Positions 21,501 through 35,267 of a DNA stretch of 64,000 bases are shown piece by piece. This stretch comes from Lepidodermella squamata. Lineage: Eukaryota > Animalia > Gastrotricha. Below the pieces are notes generated by a model. It was not told where the DNA came from. It did no database searches and saw nothing but the letters and a program-made list of their open reading frames with translations. The position numbers and the translations under genes were made by a program. The stretch lies in contig JBLDXI010000042.1 of NCBI GenBank assembly GCA_047495785.1, forward strand, positions 4,402,001-4,466,000, given 5' to 3'. Within the stretch, counting starts at the first letter, position 1, and every line of letters starts with the position of its first letter.

Positions 21501-24500
21501 CGTCCTGGCACTCAGATTCTTTGCGATTTCGGTTATTGATCGATACTGATGCCCTTCCTGATCCTAGGATTTTTCATTTTAGCTACGTAGGAAAATTATC
21601 GGAAAAATCTCTGGTTTGTAAAATCGATACTTTGAATCGATATCGGCTCTATAGGATGAAGTATAATTCGTAAACTGACCGCTCATAGCGCGATATACGC
21701 GTAATATGAAGGTCTACCGGTTAGGCTTGACAACAAAAAAGTTTGAGATTATAGCGAAGACTATAAATTCGAAAAACCATATTTAGGGGAAATCTATTGC
21801 TGGAAGCCTAAATTTGGGGTGCGCACTTGGCACACCCTTTTTGTTAGATAGAACTATAGATATATAGTTAGATTCGTGACTGTTCAATTGAAGCCGCCTG
21901 GTTGAAGTGATTTTCAGATTGCCCATCTTCCAGGCAGTCCAACGGTATCCCTCTCATGCTGTCTTTACCTTACTACCTTCGATTTTTGGTATGCCAAAGT
22001 CATCCTATTTGACGTGAACAGGTGTAAAAAAGATCTGTTGAAAAGCGCGTACGTCGCGTTTTTGAGCCAACCGATCAGGTTTCAAGCCTCTCGACCAATC
22101 ATCAAATTGTAGATTCATTAGGTCCTGGTTCCACTTAGTCTGAATCATCACCAGGTAAACTGTCTTCTCACGTGGCTAGGGATCATGGACTGTAGCGGCA
22201 GTAATGTCGTTCTTGCCCCTAATTTTCGGCTTAAATTTCGCGTACCATATTGACAACAATCCGTTCATAAAATCCGTTTCACGCTATTTTTATTCAAATT
22301 CTGAAATTCAGTAAATAATAAAAAAATTCACATTTTTTCAGGAAACGGCCCCTTGGATCGGTTGACTCTCTCTCCAGGTGGCGCGACGATTGAAAAAGTT
22401 GTCATGCCGCCGACAACTCTTCTCATGGAAACCACCACGACCTCAACTACAACAACGACAACTACAACGCAGCCGACAACCTCGACAACAACTTCAACGA
22501 CAACGACAACTACAACATCGACGCCGAGTACAACAACGCCCCAGCCGGCGTATAAACTGGACAATTTAGCGGCTTTGCTGGCTGCGGCTGTCAGCGGCGG
22601 ACCCGGTTCGAATTCGAGCGGCTCAGCATCTGACCCGACGTCGGCTTGGTCGTCCTTCTCGTCGTTCATGTCCAAGAAACAGCACCATAAATCCGTCGAA
22701 AAAGTCATGCCTCGCACGACAACGCCACAAGAAGAAGTCGATTGTGAGTTCTCCTCGCGTTTTCTTAAATTTGCCATATACAAATGCCCCTAAAATGCTC
22801 GTTTTTACCGAAATTCATTCAATTGCAGATTTTTTGTCGATTTTTCCGTAAATGCCGCAGGGGGCGAATTTCATTCATTGAGTTGCGCATCGATTTAATG
22901 AGGAGTTTTAAGAAATTCAAGCATTCTTTTGCTGTTGAAACTCTTCAATTTCTTGGAACTTTTGCAAGCGTGTGAAATTAAATTTCAAAGTTGAACCTAA
23001 TATAGTTCAATGTTCGGTTGAGAGTCGATTACTCAAGCCAGTCATTCCTCCAAAATTCGAAGCCTAGCATGGATACATTAAAGTCAACTGGCTTATTTCA
23101 GCGTTTGGTGAATTCTTGATTTTTGATTGTTGAGAAAACTTTGAATAGGCGGAAAATTTTTATCGAATATTCGAAAAGCTTTATGGGCACGAGGAACTTT
23201 CTGGAGGTTATTTATAGTCGTCTAAAATAAATTTTAGCTTTGAAGCTTTCGGAAATTTTTGAATATTTCAAAAATGTAGATAAGGCCGAAATATATCTGA
23301 AGGCTGTATTTTTCGATTGAGGCTAAAGGCTAACTTATCGCCAAAGCTTGGTCCATTTTGATGGTAGGTACTAGCAGATCACTTTCAAATGATTTGCGAA
23401 GTTGGAAAAAAGCAAAAAATTGAATGGTTATATTTTTGTATACATTTCAAGCAAAATGGCTCTAGTTTTTCGGTAATACAGTATGGGGCATAAATATTGA
23501 GCCGACTTCATTTATTGACAGCGCGGTCATTTCGGCTCCGATTCTCACATACCTTACACCGTTGGAAACTTTCTTTTCTACTTCGAGAGATTTTAAGACC
23601 ACTTCCAAGATCAATTCATTCGAGGAGTCTGAATGAGGTTTCCTATAAAAACTATGCATAAAAGAGCTAACAATTCAAACGTTGACAAATGCGCGCTAAT
23701 TCTGCAGAATTGAGTTTCCAATCGACCTGGAACAGTGAGAGTAGGGAATCTCCATCATTTGTAGGGGGATGAAGCATATGTCCGCGGAATTCAAATTCAA
23801 ATTTTCCAATTCACCTCACGTTTTGCGATTTGAGAAACTCCTTTCAATTGTTAACTTTTTCAACTAATTTTTGTCCATTGTAATTCGCTTTTTTAGTTGG
23901 AGTTGATGCATTGGGCATAGCAAACGGCGTCGCCCCAGCCGCCCCGTCCTCCTCGCCCACGCCGCCAATCCCAGTACCCGGCGGCCTGTCCTCGCCGGCG
24001 CCCTCGTTCATCTACTCGGCCGCCGACCAGCTCTACACGCAACTGGCGTGCGAAAACGAAGTCCTCGCGCTGTCGTGCCCGGACGGCTACGTCATCGGTC
24101 TATTCTCCGTGCTATTCGGCCGCGACGACACAACATCATGCATAAAGCCCCTCTTCGCCAACATGGCTGTCGCCTCGCTAGCAGCCGCCTCGCTGAACTG
24201 CCGCGCCAATTCCGCCTCAGATCTAATGCGAGCCTCGTGCGAGGCGAAACAATCGTGCCAAGTCCGCGCGACAATCTCACTGTTCGGCGACCCATGCGTC
24301 GCCACCCCGAAGTACCTGCGGGTCAGATACGGCTGCCGGCCCACGGTCTACGCCTCGTCCCAACCTATGGCCGATCCTCTTATCGGAAAACCGATCCTCA
24401 CAAAATCCGCGCCGTTAAACGGGAAATTAGCCTCAAACTCGAAACTGGCCTCAAAAACGAGTTTGAACAACCTGGTACCCGTGGTACCAGTGGTACCAGC

Positions 24501-25167
24501 TACCGGTACCAACCTATGGCGGTCGTTACTCCACAAATTGGCGACGAATGATTTTGAGGACGAGCCGCAGGACGAGACGAAAATTGAGTCGAACTCGCCG
24601 ATTTCGTCCCTGCGAGATTTGAAGGCCTCGCCGTGGGAGGTGAATGTCGCCGGGTGCCCAACAGCGCCTGTCCGCGATTGGCTCCACGCTCACGTCTCGC
24701 GGTGGCTGGACTGCCACGGGTTGGGCCAGTACAAATCGCTGTTTTCAGCGAATGATTTGTTCGGTTTGGACCTGTTATCACTCGACCGGGCTGATTTAGA
24801 ACGCGTGGGGGTGAATAGGATTGGCCATCAAAAACGCCTGTTGAGGGCAATCGCTAGGCTTAGGCTGTTGGATGCGGCTAGAAATGCGTCCTTAGCCGCT
24901 TGGCAGGCCTTGGCCCAACCGCCACCTAACCAAACGAGGCATAGGTCTTCGCTATCTTCGTATGCTGATGAAACTGTGGACGAATCTATGCCGAATATGC
25001 CGACTAATTTTGGTACGGAAAATTTGGGCGATAGTTCCGCGGGGGGTAGCAGTAGCGGTGGGAATAGCTTCATGGCTGAACAGGCGAACAATTACCAGAA
25101 AAAGCGCAGTGTTGCAGTCTCTTCTTCGTCTTCAAAAACTGCTATTAATGCGAAACCGAGGACGTGA
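18501..25167 (+). CDS. Secreted-type multidomain protein: signal peptide, 5 LDLa repeats, Thr-rich stalk, SUEL/Gal-lectin domain, SAM domain; exons 18501-18751, 19891-20702, 22342-22743, 23897-25167
   Basis: Five C...DC.D.SDE..C repeats; splice phases agree at all three junctions (2,1,1); ACENEVLALSCP...FGR...FGDPCVATPKYLRVRYGC is SUEL-type; WLHAHVSRWL...GLGQYKSLF...LLSLDRADLERVGV..IGHQKRLL is a SAM; AATAAA at 25505-25510. Confidence 0.75.
21295..21351 (+). repeat. Dispersed copy of the repeat unit arrayed at 25803-26438
   Basis: aaggtacagaccctatgagtggggtacggtaggatagcc matches aaggtaaagaccccaccagtggggtaccgctggatagcc at 26144-26182. Confidence 0.65.
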
Positions 25168-25802
25168 GGACATTTTTTGAAAATAAATTTACTAATGATC
25201 TTATTGAATTTTTTGGAAAAGTGAAATGAATCGAAATGGAAATTATGAATTTTCAAAAATAATTCAAAATTGGAAGTAGGCAAAAATTGTTCTAATCCCG
25301 TTAACGCGGAGAATAGAAATTTTTTTAATGAAATTTGACCAAAATTTCCCGAAAATAATTTTTCATAATTGTAATCTGAGAAACTTTGGACGTACCTTTG
25401 AATTGTTCGGAAGTTTCGATTCATTTCTATTGTTGAGTTTTATCAATTTTATCGTCTTCAAATATTCTTCTGCTTTATATCAAAAATAACTCACCTCATT
25501 TGTAAATAAATCGCATCTCAGCGCTATACATATCTCTATCATGTATTGACCATCATCTTCGAAAATATGCGAATGATAATCATAAAAATATTGCGATGAC
25601 CAATGATCCATGAATTTGAAAAGTCTGTCTTGTTATAAAACGTGTTATTGTTTACCGATCGATTTGCTTGTTTTTTTGCAGAAAACTGAAATAAAAGTTT
25701 GAAACTGTTGAATTTCCGAGTTTTTGGCCGTGTACCGTCAAACGGGCGGCTTTGCCACGGAAAATTGGGGCGACTTTCGCATAGCCATATCTTAGAGTTA
25801 TC

Positions 25803-26438
25803 AAGATAAAGACCCCTTGAGTGGGATACCGTGGAAAGCCCAAAAAAGACCAACTGGAATGCCTCGAACACACTTCGACCCTTCACAATACCTGGTGATT
25901 AAACACAGGTACAGTTGAGCGACAAATACAGTTTTCGGCAGAATTTAGATGATAAGTCGACCAGGTGTGATCAAAATGGAATAGGTAATTTTGTAATTTT
26001 CGAGCAGCCCCTGGCACAAGCTATCCAGCAGTACTCCACTTGAGAAGTATCCGCCTTTCCATCCGCCTTTCTGGGATGACTTAGGCCAGTGGGGTGACAT
26101 GTCAACAAGGGGTGACTTTGACCACTCAGATATCGAAGCCGGCAAGGTAAAGACCCCACCAGTGGGGTACCGCTGGATAGCCCAAGGAAAACCAAGCCTA
26201 GATGTACACCAATCCGACTTACTACCGAGTAAAAAAATGACAGGTAAAGTAAGGGGGAATTTAAAGAAAAGTTCGATTTCCGGTAGAATTTGGGTGACAA
26301 ACCAAAGGAATCCTTGCGATCAAAATCGAAATCTGATGTCATTTTCGAACCACTATGTTTACAGGCTATCCAACGGTAGCTCACTCATGGGATCTTTATG
26401 TTGTCGGCTTCGATATTTGAGTGGTACAAAGTCACCCC
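25803..26438. repeat. Foldback-like array of four degenerate repeat units in alternating orientation
   Basis: Forward units at 25803-25853 and 26109-26182; reverse units at 26020-26040 and 26364-26438; the last forward and reverse units form an approximately 75-bp imperfect inverted repeat. Confidence 0.75.
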
Positions 26439-28054
26439 ATCAGCTCTAACATCTGTTTCTACTCGTAACTGGCTTTCCGCGACATCCATAATGAGGGGGT
26501 TAACTTGTCAATTTGCGAAGATCTTATAGATTGAAAGTCGATCGCAAAAACCTATGCTAATGTCACTCTAAATTACGGTAGCTGGTTAGGCGGTAGATCG
26601 AATTTCTTGGAGTGTTTTTATATCTGCGGATAAGTTCATGCTTGGTAATAATTTCTTTCAGGAATCTCTAGTCAGACGACCTGAAGCATTTTTCATCTTC
26701 TCAATTGGATATCAGATCAACCATGAGACATTCCGAGGGAAGCCTCTTGCGATATATCATCTTCTCAGCTCGTCCGAAGTCCAAAAAATCAACGCTGATA
26801 AATAAAAACTTGTCTTCGATTTTATTATTCTTCGCTCATTTCACGAATAACACGAACCGTGGCGGCGTCATATCAATCAATGTATGAAAGAAGCGAGCAG
26901 GAAACAGCCATCCATCGTATCAATGAGAGAAAGAGATGGGGAGATAAACGGAGGTTCGTCGTTTCATAATCAAACCATCATTTCACAAGATGCAGTAGTG
27001 TATAAAACAAACAAACCGAGAGAAAGAACTGCAGCAATAAGACACGGAACCGCACTTGGTCCGCTCAAATGACTACTTTTTAGCATCTCGATATTATCAC
27101 GGCGCGCTCAGTATCACCGTCGCCACCACAACAAAAGCAATACTCATCGACTTTCCATCCATTTCCATGTTTTTGGTGACCAGCTTATACAGGCACCATG
27201 TGTTGTTGTTACAGATGTTGTTGTTGTTAAATTATTCATTAAAAGAATTAAAATGCAAAGAATTATTAAATTATTAAAAAACAATTATAACTTCCGTGCA
27301 TTTTTTCATCTCGATCGTCGTCGGCAAAAGCGCGCATATATTGCAGAGTTTGACGCCTGGTTTTTCCCACGTCGCCTCATTTTAGCCACCTTATAAACGT
27401 TAACTAAGCCAAGCCAGATGCTCAATGGTCTTGGCTGGGTAAAACTAACTAAATCCAAGTGTTCTGATCATTTTTGGCAACGAGGCTCCGCGGAAAAACC
27501 AGGATTAAAAATCACTCAAAAATCGAAGATCAAGTCAAATAAATTTCCTTAGAAAATGAGCATCCTTAATTTAGACCTATTTTATAACCGTCGTCGATTG
27601 TGTGGCAAATTTCAATTTGAAATATTCATAAACAAAATATTCAAATAAAAATAGCCAAAAAATTCGTAATAAAATCCAACAAAACATAACCTCTCACTTG
27701 GGAAAAGGTTAATAATTTTTGGTCAATGGCTTTTTTCTAACAAAGCCGATTTTTCAGAATTTTTCGACGGTCTCATCGCAGAAAGAAGAGAAGACGAAAG
27801 AATGATGTATGCTTTGCTTTGTTGAAGAAGATATTATTGTATAAAACGATGAACAAAAGAAACCGAAAAAAGAAACAAATAACGATCATCGCAAGCTGAG
27901 GATTTTACACTACTACGTTATACATATCATATATAAGCCGGAAAAATAAGACTGTCACGTCAGATTCTCATTTTTTAGGTGTGATTACAGTTGATGATGA
28001 TGGTAAAGATTGTTGGTTAATTTTTTAGGATTTTAGTTGACGAATTAGATTTAT

Positions 28055-31000
28055 TTAGGTCGGAGGTACAGCGGGTTTAGCACCACCGAAGCATGCGGCA
28101 AGGCGCGGCGCTTTGACCGGTTTCGCGGCGGGCGGCGAGGCGGAAGCCGCTTTCGGGGCCGGGTCAACCGACGAACTCTGTTGCTGCGGCAATAACATTG
28201 ACAGTGGAATTTGGGCGTTTTGTTGAACAACCGCGGCCGGTTTGTTGTTGCCCATCAATGCGTTGAGATCGAGCGGTTTCGGTTGAGCCTCGGCGACTGG
28301 TTTCGTAGGCGAGCCGAGCAGAGCGGAGAGCAGGTTTTGCTGGCCGATCGCGACCGGAGCTGCGGCTGAGGTGGGTGGGAAGAAAGACCCGGTCGGGTGG
28401 GTGACCGGCATTGGCAGTGCCGAGGGCGGCGGGGCGGGCGGGCCGAACATCGGCACTGAGGCTACGCTGCTAGGGATTGGAGCGAAGCCGTTGTTTGAGT
28501 TGCCATTGGCGCGACTCGGTTGAGCAGACGATGAGGAGGACATGTTTTTCAACACCTGAACAGATATACGCAAAATTAATATTAATTTGAAGCAAAATTT
28601 TGGAACGCTTCAAAATGCTAATTACTTTGAAAAAAACATTCATGAAAGCCTAAGCAATCATTTTTACGAATAAATATTACAGCAAATCCATTAATTTTCG
28701 ATTTTTCGGAATTATGGCTTCAATTTGATGGGTAAACTGGAGGGAAAATAATATCGAATATGATTGAAATTTTCGGTTTTCTGAAATTCGGCAAAAACAA
28801 TGGATCTAAGAACGAGTATCTCCGCACAATTATCGAAAAATTGAAAAAATAAATAGTCTTTCAAATCGAATATAAATATTTAATAAAATTTCAGAAAAAT
28901 ATGAAAAATTCAATTTTTTTCTCACTAACTACTACTTTGAAAATGAAAACGGTCTATTTTCGTTGTGTTTCTTCAAATCTGTATCAATTTTCTGGTATAT
29001 AAAATTTTCAAGTTTTCAAAAAGTAGAAAAAACGCGAAATTCTTCAAAATTGTAAAAATATCGCAAAAATAATACTTTTGAATTAATCGTTATCGGTTTC
29101 GGTTCTCACAAGTCATTCATGGTGATTGGTTATTCAAATCCGTAAAACGAAAATGGGATCTAATTTAAAAAATCAGTGAAGCTGGAAATTCCGCATTAAT
29201 TGATCACTCATTGAAAAATATCAATATTGAGGAAGAAGTCGAATAAGGAAAAACATACCTGCATAGGCACGAAGCTTGACGAACTATTCTGAGCACTGGA
29301 CATTCCCTTACGGGGAGACGAGCGAGAATCCTCACGTCGCGGACTGCCGTGTCTCTGCGGCTGCTGCCACGCCGCTCCATTCAACAAATGACTCAGGGCC
29401 GCTTTCGCCGCCGACCGTTTCGCCTCATTCTCATCCGAAGCCGAGAATGACGCCTCGAACGGGCGCGGAACGGCGAAATTTTTCGTCCTCGACCCAAACG
29501 TGATTCGAACCGAATACCGGTTCGACTTGGCATCAACCGCTTGCGTATCATACCGCACCTGCAAATCGTTCTCCGCAGCCCAATTCGCCAGTTTCTCAAC
29601 ATGATTCTTCCGCTCGTGGTTTTTCGTCGCCGGTTTCGGCTGACCCAACCCCAACAGCAAATTCGTGTCAATTTTCTGCGGAGCCTGCTTAGACGGTGAT
29701 AGTTGAACCGGGCTCGACTCGGACGACGATGACGACGGAGCCATTTCAACAGCCCGACCAGCTTGAAGAGCCGCAAAATCACGCTGCAGCATCTTCAATT
29801 TCGCATCATCAACGTCTTTGCTCTGATTCTTCACCGGGGTCTGCTTCATTTTAGGCGACCCGGCCGGAATTTCATCCCCGGAAGACCATGACGCTGTCTG
29901 CTGCTGGTCAACCGGTCCGTTGAATAGCTTCAACAATTGATTACCCGAAACTGAAGTGCTAGTCTGCCGCTCTCGCAGCGGTTGCTTCGATGAATCATTT
30001 GATTTCGAAACCACCTGTTGATTCTTACCAGACGGGTTCGGGTTCTTACCCGGAGCGGGTAGAGCCGAGACTTTAATACCATGCCCGGACATAATGGCGT
30101 CCCAGTCGTGGGGTTTCACCTCGGTCGGCTCCCATTCCTGGCTCTGGGCTGATTTCTTCGCCGGGGCAGCGACCGGCGACCCGAAAATAGGTACAGCCGG
30201 TCGGCCATTTGCCGATTTATTCGCGCTGGATACTTGCGGCGCAACCACCTCAGGCAGAGGGGCTTCTTTCAAAATCGCGCTCAGACTCACTTCTTGCTCA
30301 ACAGGTGGTTGCCCGAGCAGCAACCTCGGCGGTATCGGAATCGCATTACCGTTCGCCTGCTTCTGCGCCGGTTTATTTTTCGCCTCATTTCTCGGCGTTT
30401 TCGGCTTAGAATCGACCAGGTTAGCCGGGACTAACGGCCACTGCTGTTGCTGGTCTGGTTTTTTCTGCTGATCAGACCCGCCCATCGCCTTCCACAAGGC
30501 AGCTGGGTCAGTTTTCGCGGCATCGGCGTAATTTTTCGGCGCCTCGACTTTTTTCTCATTTCGCTGCTTCTGCACCTGCTCTTTCACGCAATTTTTCACC
30601 TGTTTCGTCTGGGAACGACGAATTCCGAGTAGGTTTTGCGGAAACATGCGATAGCCACGATTAGGCGGGCAGCGGATGACCGCGCCGTGCTGAAATTCCG
30701 CGTCAAACATCACTTCATACGTGACTTTCCGCGCTGTTTTGTCGTCATAAGCCGCTGAAGAGTTGCTGTTATCCTCCAAAACTCCGATAATCGTCCCCTC
30801 AAGGCCGAGCGGGACTGAATGGGACGCCGCGATATTGATAACCCGGTCGAGCAAATTGAAATTCCGCCCGTTACCATTCCCGAAATGGTCGGGCGATAAA
30901 CTGATGCGATTCGTCAATTTCGGCCGGTACAACGCGTCCGGTTTCAGGAAGAGTTCCACAAATTGCGGCTCGGATTTTCTCACGATGAATTTATCAACCT

Positions 31001-34000
31001 CAGACACGAGTTCTTCCTCCAGAATGAACGAATCATTCGGAACTGGGGTTAACTTAGCGCAGGGCAGCGAGGTCAGAAATTCGCGAACTGCCGCCAATTC
31101 GTCGTGGCACCCTGGTTTCGCACCCGGGAAGACGTCCAGGTAATTATAAGGCTCGGGCGCGTTGGATTCGATCAACTCCTGGAGTCGACGAATCATCGCT
31201 GGGAATTTGGCCTTGTACTGCCGGATCAAATCGGCAGTCGCGTCCGAGTACAGCCAAGTGCCCTGTTCGTCCCGGTACGTGTAACCAGGCATGCGTAAAT
31301 TATCGCGCGAGTGCTTCAAGTCCAGCGCAATGTTGATTTTCGTAACTTCGCCGTTATCGCCCGGTTGCGGCTGCTTTTTAACCCGGACGCACCCGGTCAT
31401 TTTCGCGAGGAAAAACGACGAACAACCCGCTTGTCTCGCTACTTGCTGCCCGGAGTTGTACACAACCCCGGCAGTACCCGATTGAAGACGGCGGATTAAA
31501 TCTTCAAAACTAGGCTGTTTCGTCAAACGGACTCGGACTTTGACGGAATTTCGCCGCTCGTCGAACCCGACTACAAACGCCATTCTGCCGAAGTAGTTCT
31601 CGGAAACAACGAAAACCGACTCGCCCAATGGGAATAATTCGCCTAATTTAGTCGTCATTACGTGAACAGGCGGAGCGGCTAACAACGTGTTTTCCCTTGC
31701 GACGTTTTTCAAATTAAATACAACCCCTTCGTACGGGTACGGTTGCGGGTTTGTCGCCCACAATTTCACGGCAATCAGCTGATTGGACTCGTTTTCGGAG
31801 TATTTAATCCCGGTCAGGGTCACCGCGTAGACTACGCACTTCGACTGGCGGAAATCCAACCCGTGAGTTGTGTAGAAATGCTTGCGGACATAGTTGATAT
31901 CCGACTGGTAGACTGAAATCGTGTCCTGGGTATGGGCAGCTTCGATCACGTTGAAATTAGCCAGGCTGTAGTCCTCAGAATCGGTTGTGAAGTACTTTGT
32001 TGGTGTGTAGATCGAGACGATACGAGCTTCGGTTAAAAACGGCCAGTTGACCAGGACAATTTGGCCGATTTGGCTCGCGGCGATTGAGTCGATCGCCTCT
32101 AGTGTTGGGGTGATGGATTCGGAGACTTTCACGATCATGTTCAAGTTTTTGCTCGGCATTTTGAAGACACTAGTGCCGGCTGCGTACAACTGGGCAGTGC
32201 AGGGAAGGTGTTGGAAGGTCGGGAAGTTGGGCACGTAGACGAGGCTGTTCAAGGCCTCGCGGGGGTAGTTGACATTGACTTGGTTAGGGATTAGGTGGAA
32301 TTTCGCCCATGGCAATCGTTCAACAACGGTGCTGTTCCTGAAATAAAAGAGAAAATATTCATTAAAAACTTCAAATTTTCAATTTCCAGGTCCAGAATTT
32401 TAATCGAAATTTAAGGTAGCTGCAAGTTGATAATTCAAGCGTAGAAGAGGCTTATGATAAATAAATGTTTGCATATTTTACTTAATTCTCATGGAATCAT
32501 GGAATCATGGAAAATTAAAAAAAATTGACGGTAAAAGAAAATTAAAAGAATCAAAGATGCATAAAACTAGAATAAATATGAATTCTTCGAAAAGTTTATG
32601 TACGATATCTCTACACTCCGGGCATGCAAGTTTGAAACTAAGCTCCAAGCGAACTGGGAAACCCAATTATTAAAGGAATTTCGCCTAACCAAATCTTTCT
32701 AGTGCCAGCATGCAATTCAACATTTTTATTTCTTCCAATTTTTTCTTTTTTTTTCTATAATCTAATGAAATTTCGAAAACTAACGTGTATTTCGGGACGA
32801 AAGCCAGCGATGATTGTACGATAGTGCCACTGACGTCACCCTTGAATCGAAACGCATTAATCGTGCCGCGTTGATTGCGCTCAGCCTCAGCCGGGGTCAG
32901 CGTTCGTTCGAGCGGGCGAATGGCCGACAGCAGTTGCTGCTCCTCAATGAAAGGAATCAGCACAACAGCTTCCCAGTCGAGCTGTTTGCCGTTGAGATCC
33001 GTCATGAAATCCTCGGGGTAGAAGTGGCGAATCGACGAATTAGCGTCCGTCATCAGCGAACGGTAGGCAGAGGGCAGTAATTTACGACTGGCACTCGGCA
33101 ACACGGACATGAGCTGTTCGAACGGGTGGAACGGTTGACCGAGTGTGAAATCGAGCTTCAGACTCGAAATATTCGTCATATCGCTCAAATATGGAGCTGA
33201 AATGATTGAAAAAAGAAATTAAAAGAAAAATTAAGATTAAATCGTGAAAAAATTTCCAACCCAATAAAAAAATTCAAAATTTACAAAATTCTGACGAAAA
33301 ATGTTCAAAAATTCAAAATTTCAATTCAATCTTCAATCTTCAAACAAAACTATAAGACAAATTTTACTATAATTTGCCTAGTTCACGCCTCAATATATCA
33401 ATTTATCGATTTCATCTTGGATTTTTCAGCCAATTGTTCATTTTTTGAATTGTTTCCAATAAAATCTGGAAACAATTTTCAAGTATCAAAAAATCGAAAA
33501 TAAATCTTCCGAAATTTATTCGAAATATTTTAATTTAAAAATATAATTTGATCTGAATATCATGCAATTTGATTGGCTTACCATAGTGAAAAGGGTAGAA
33601 CCAACTCCAAGAAGGAACACCCTCGTAGTAGTAACGCAAGGTCCATTCAAGGGCCTCGATATAGGCCGCAACTTGGAGGCGAACAAAATCCTGAGTTCGC
33701 ATCGGCTTCTCCCCGGATAGCTGCATTTTCGCGCGGTAATAGTCGCGTTTGTGGCTGCGAAAAGCGACATCCTCTTCGACCATCTCATTTAGATCAGCCT
33801 CGTCCTCCGACTCATCAGTCGGCATATCCATCGCGGCACCATCTTCGCCCGGTCCCAGCAAGTTATCCTCAGCGTTATAAAACGGCATCAACTGCTTCAT
33901 TAGCTGCTTTTCAGGGCCGGACATTAATTCAGCACCCTTATTCGCGTCTTCGTCCTCGAAATCTTCAAACACCTCCTGGGCACCGTTGTTTTTCCGACTA

Positions 34001-35154
34001 CGACCCCCGGTTTTACCCGCCATGTATTTCATATCGTCAAAACGCGACTCGAATTTACGCCGGTCGAAATGAGCCAAGGCCTGGATGAATTTCTCAAACC
34101 GACCCAAGTTCAACCGACCGAATTCGTTCATATACCCACCCAAGGTCGGGAGGACTTCTTTATAGATCCGCCACAACTCGGGTAAATCGTTCGAAACAAC
34201 GTGGCAGTCCGGTACGTGGGGTATGAAATCGTTTCCGATGAGGAATTCAATCAACACCCAATCGTCGATAATCCGTTCGATATCGAAACCGAACGGTAGG
34301 CCACGGTTTTGAAGATCAGAGAATTCAAAGCCGAGGTATTCGCGGAATAAACGTAAATGTAACAAGAAAAAAGTTGTTTGCTCAGGGCACGTCGGTCTTT
34401 TCGCGGTTTTCTTGAACAAAATCTCCTCACGTAACAACGAAAAATGCGGTTCGTGGGTGACTAGACCCAACATGATCAGGTCAGTATCAAGGCCGTATAG
34501 ACAGTGGCGAGTCTCGGGGTTGTAATCAGGCTGAGCACGTTGGTAGCGTAGGAAGTCCATAATTTTGTGTTCCCCTTCGCCCGGAACCGAGTGGCTCGAG
34601 TAGTAGACAGTCACCGTCTGCCAGTTCGGGTCGGACGAGACTTTGTATTGAATGAAATGATTCAGCACCGCGTCCAATCTCGCCATGAAATCCGTACCAG
34701 GAGTGATGCAATTCGAGTCGAACCGCTCAGTGTCAGGCAGTTTTTCGCCCCTACGCTGCGCGGCTGCTTCTTGATCGGCGGCCAATTTCGCCGATTTGAA
34801 ACGCCGACCGCGTTGTTGGTTCATTTTAGCTCGAGGGGCGACGCCATCGACTGCGATGAAAAACACCTTTTGTGGTTTTATCATCGTAAACAGAAACTCG
34901 AGGTAGCGGCATATGTCGGCGAAGATCTTCTCTTCGGTGATGCGAAAATGTGGATTGTCGTCGTCGGGGTGACTACACGTGTGTATGATCCCATTGACGT
35001 CCAAGTATAAATTGTCGAAATCAGGAATCTGTATCACAAAAACTTAGAACTAGTTAGAGATATGCGAGGAAAAACTAACCTGATGTTGTCGAACTACTTG
35101 GCTGAGACAAGGATATCTCTCTCCAATCCACCTGAAGAATCGCGGAATTCCCAT
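28055..35154 (-). CDS. XRN1: 5'-3' exoribonuclease 1; exons 35154-35080, 35028-33582, 33196-32785, 32337-29259, 28555-28055
   Basis: MGIPRFFRWIGERYP, FDNLYLDVNGIIH, DGVAPRAKMNQQRGRRF, PGEGEHKIMD, GNDF motifs; XRN1-specific C-terminal domains, FVPMQV and terminal PRLAACFG motif; splice phases consistent. Confidence 0.95.
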
Positions 35155-35267
35155 TATTGGGGTTGAACTTTGTCAAATTAAAATGTCCACGCCGTGGACC
35201 TTACTTATCTATAAACAGAAATGATGAACGAATTACCGATTGCTTTAATCTAATAATCTAAAATAGT

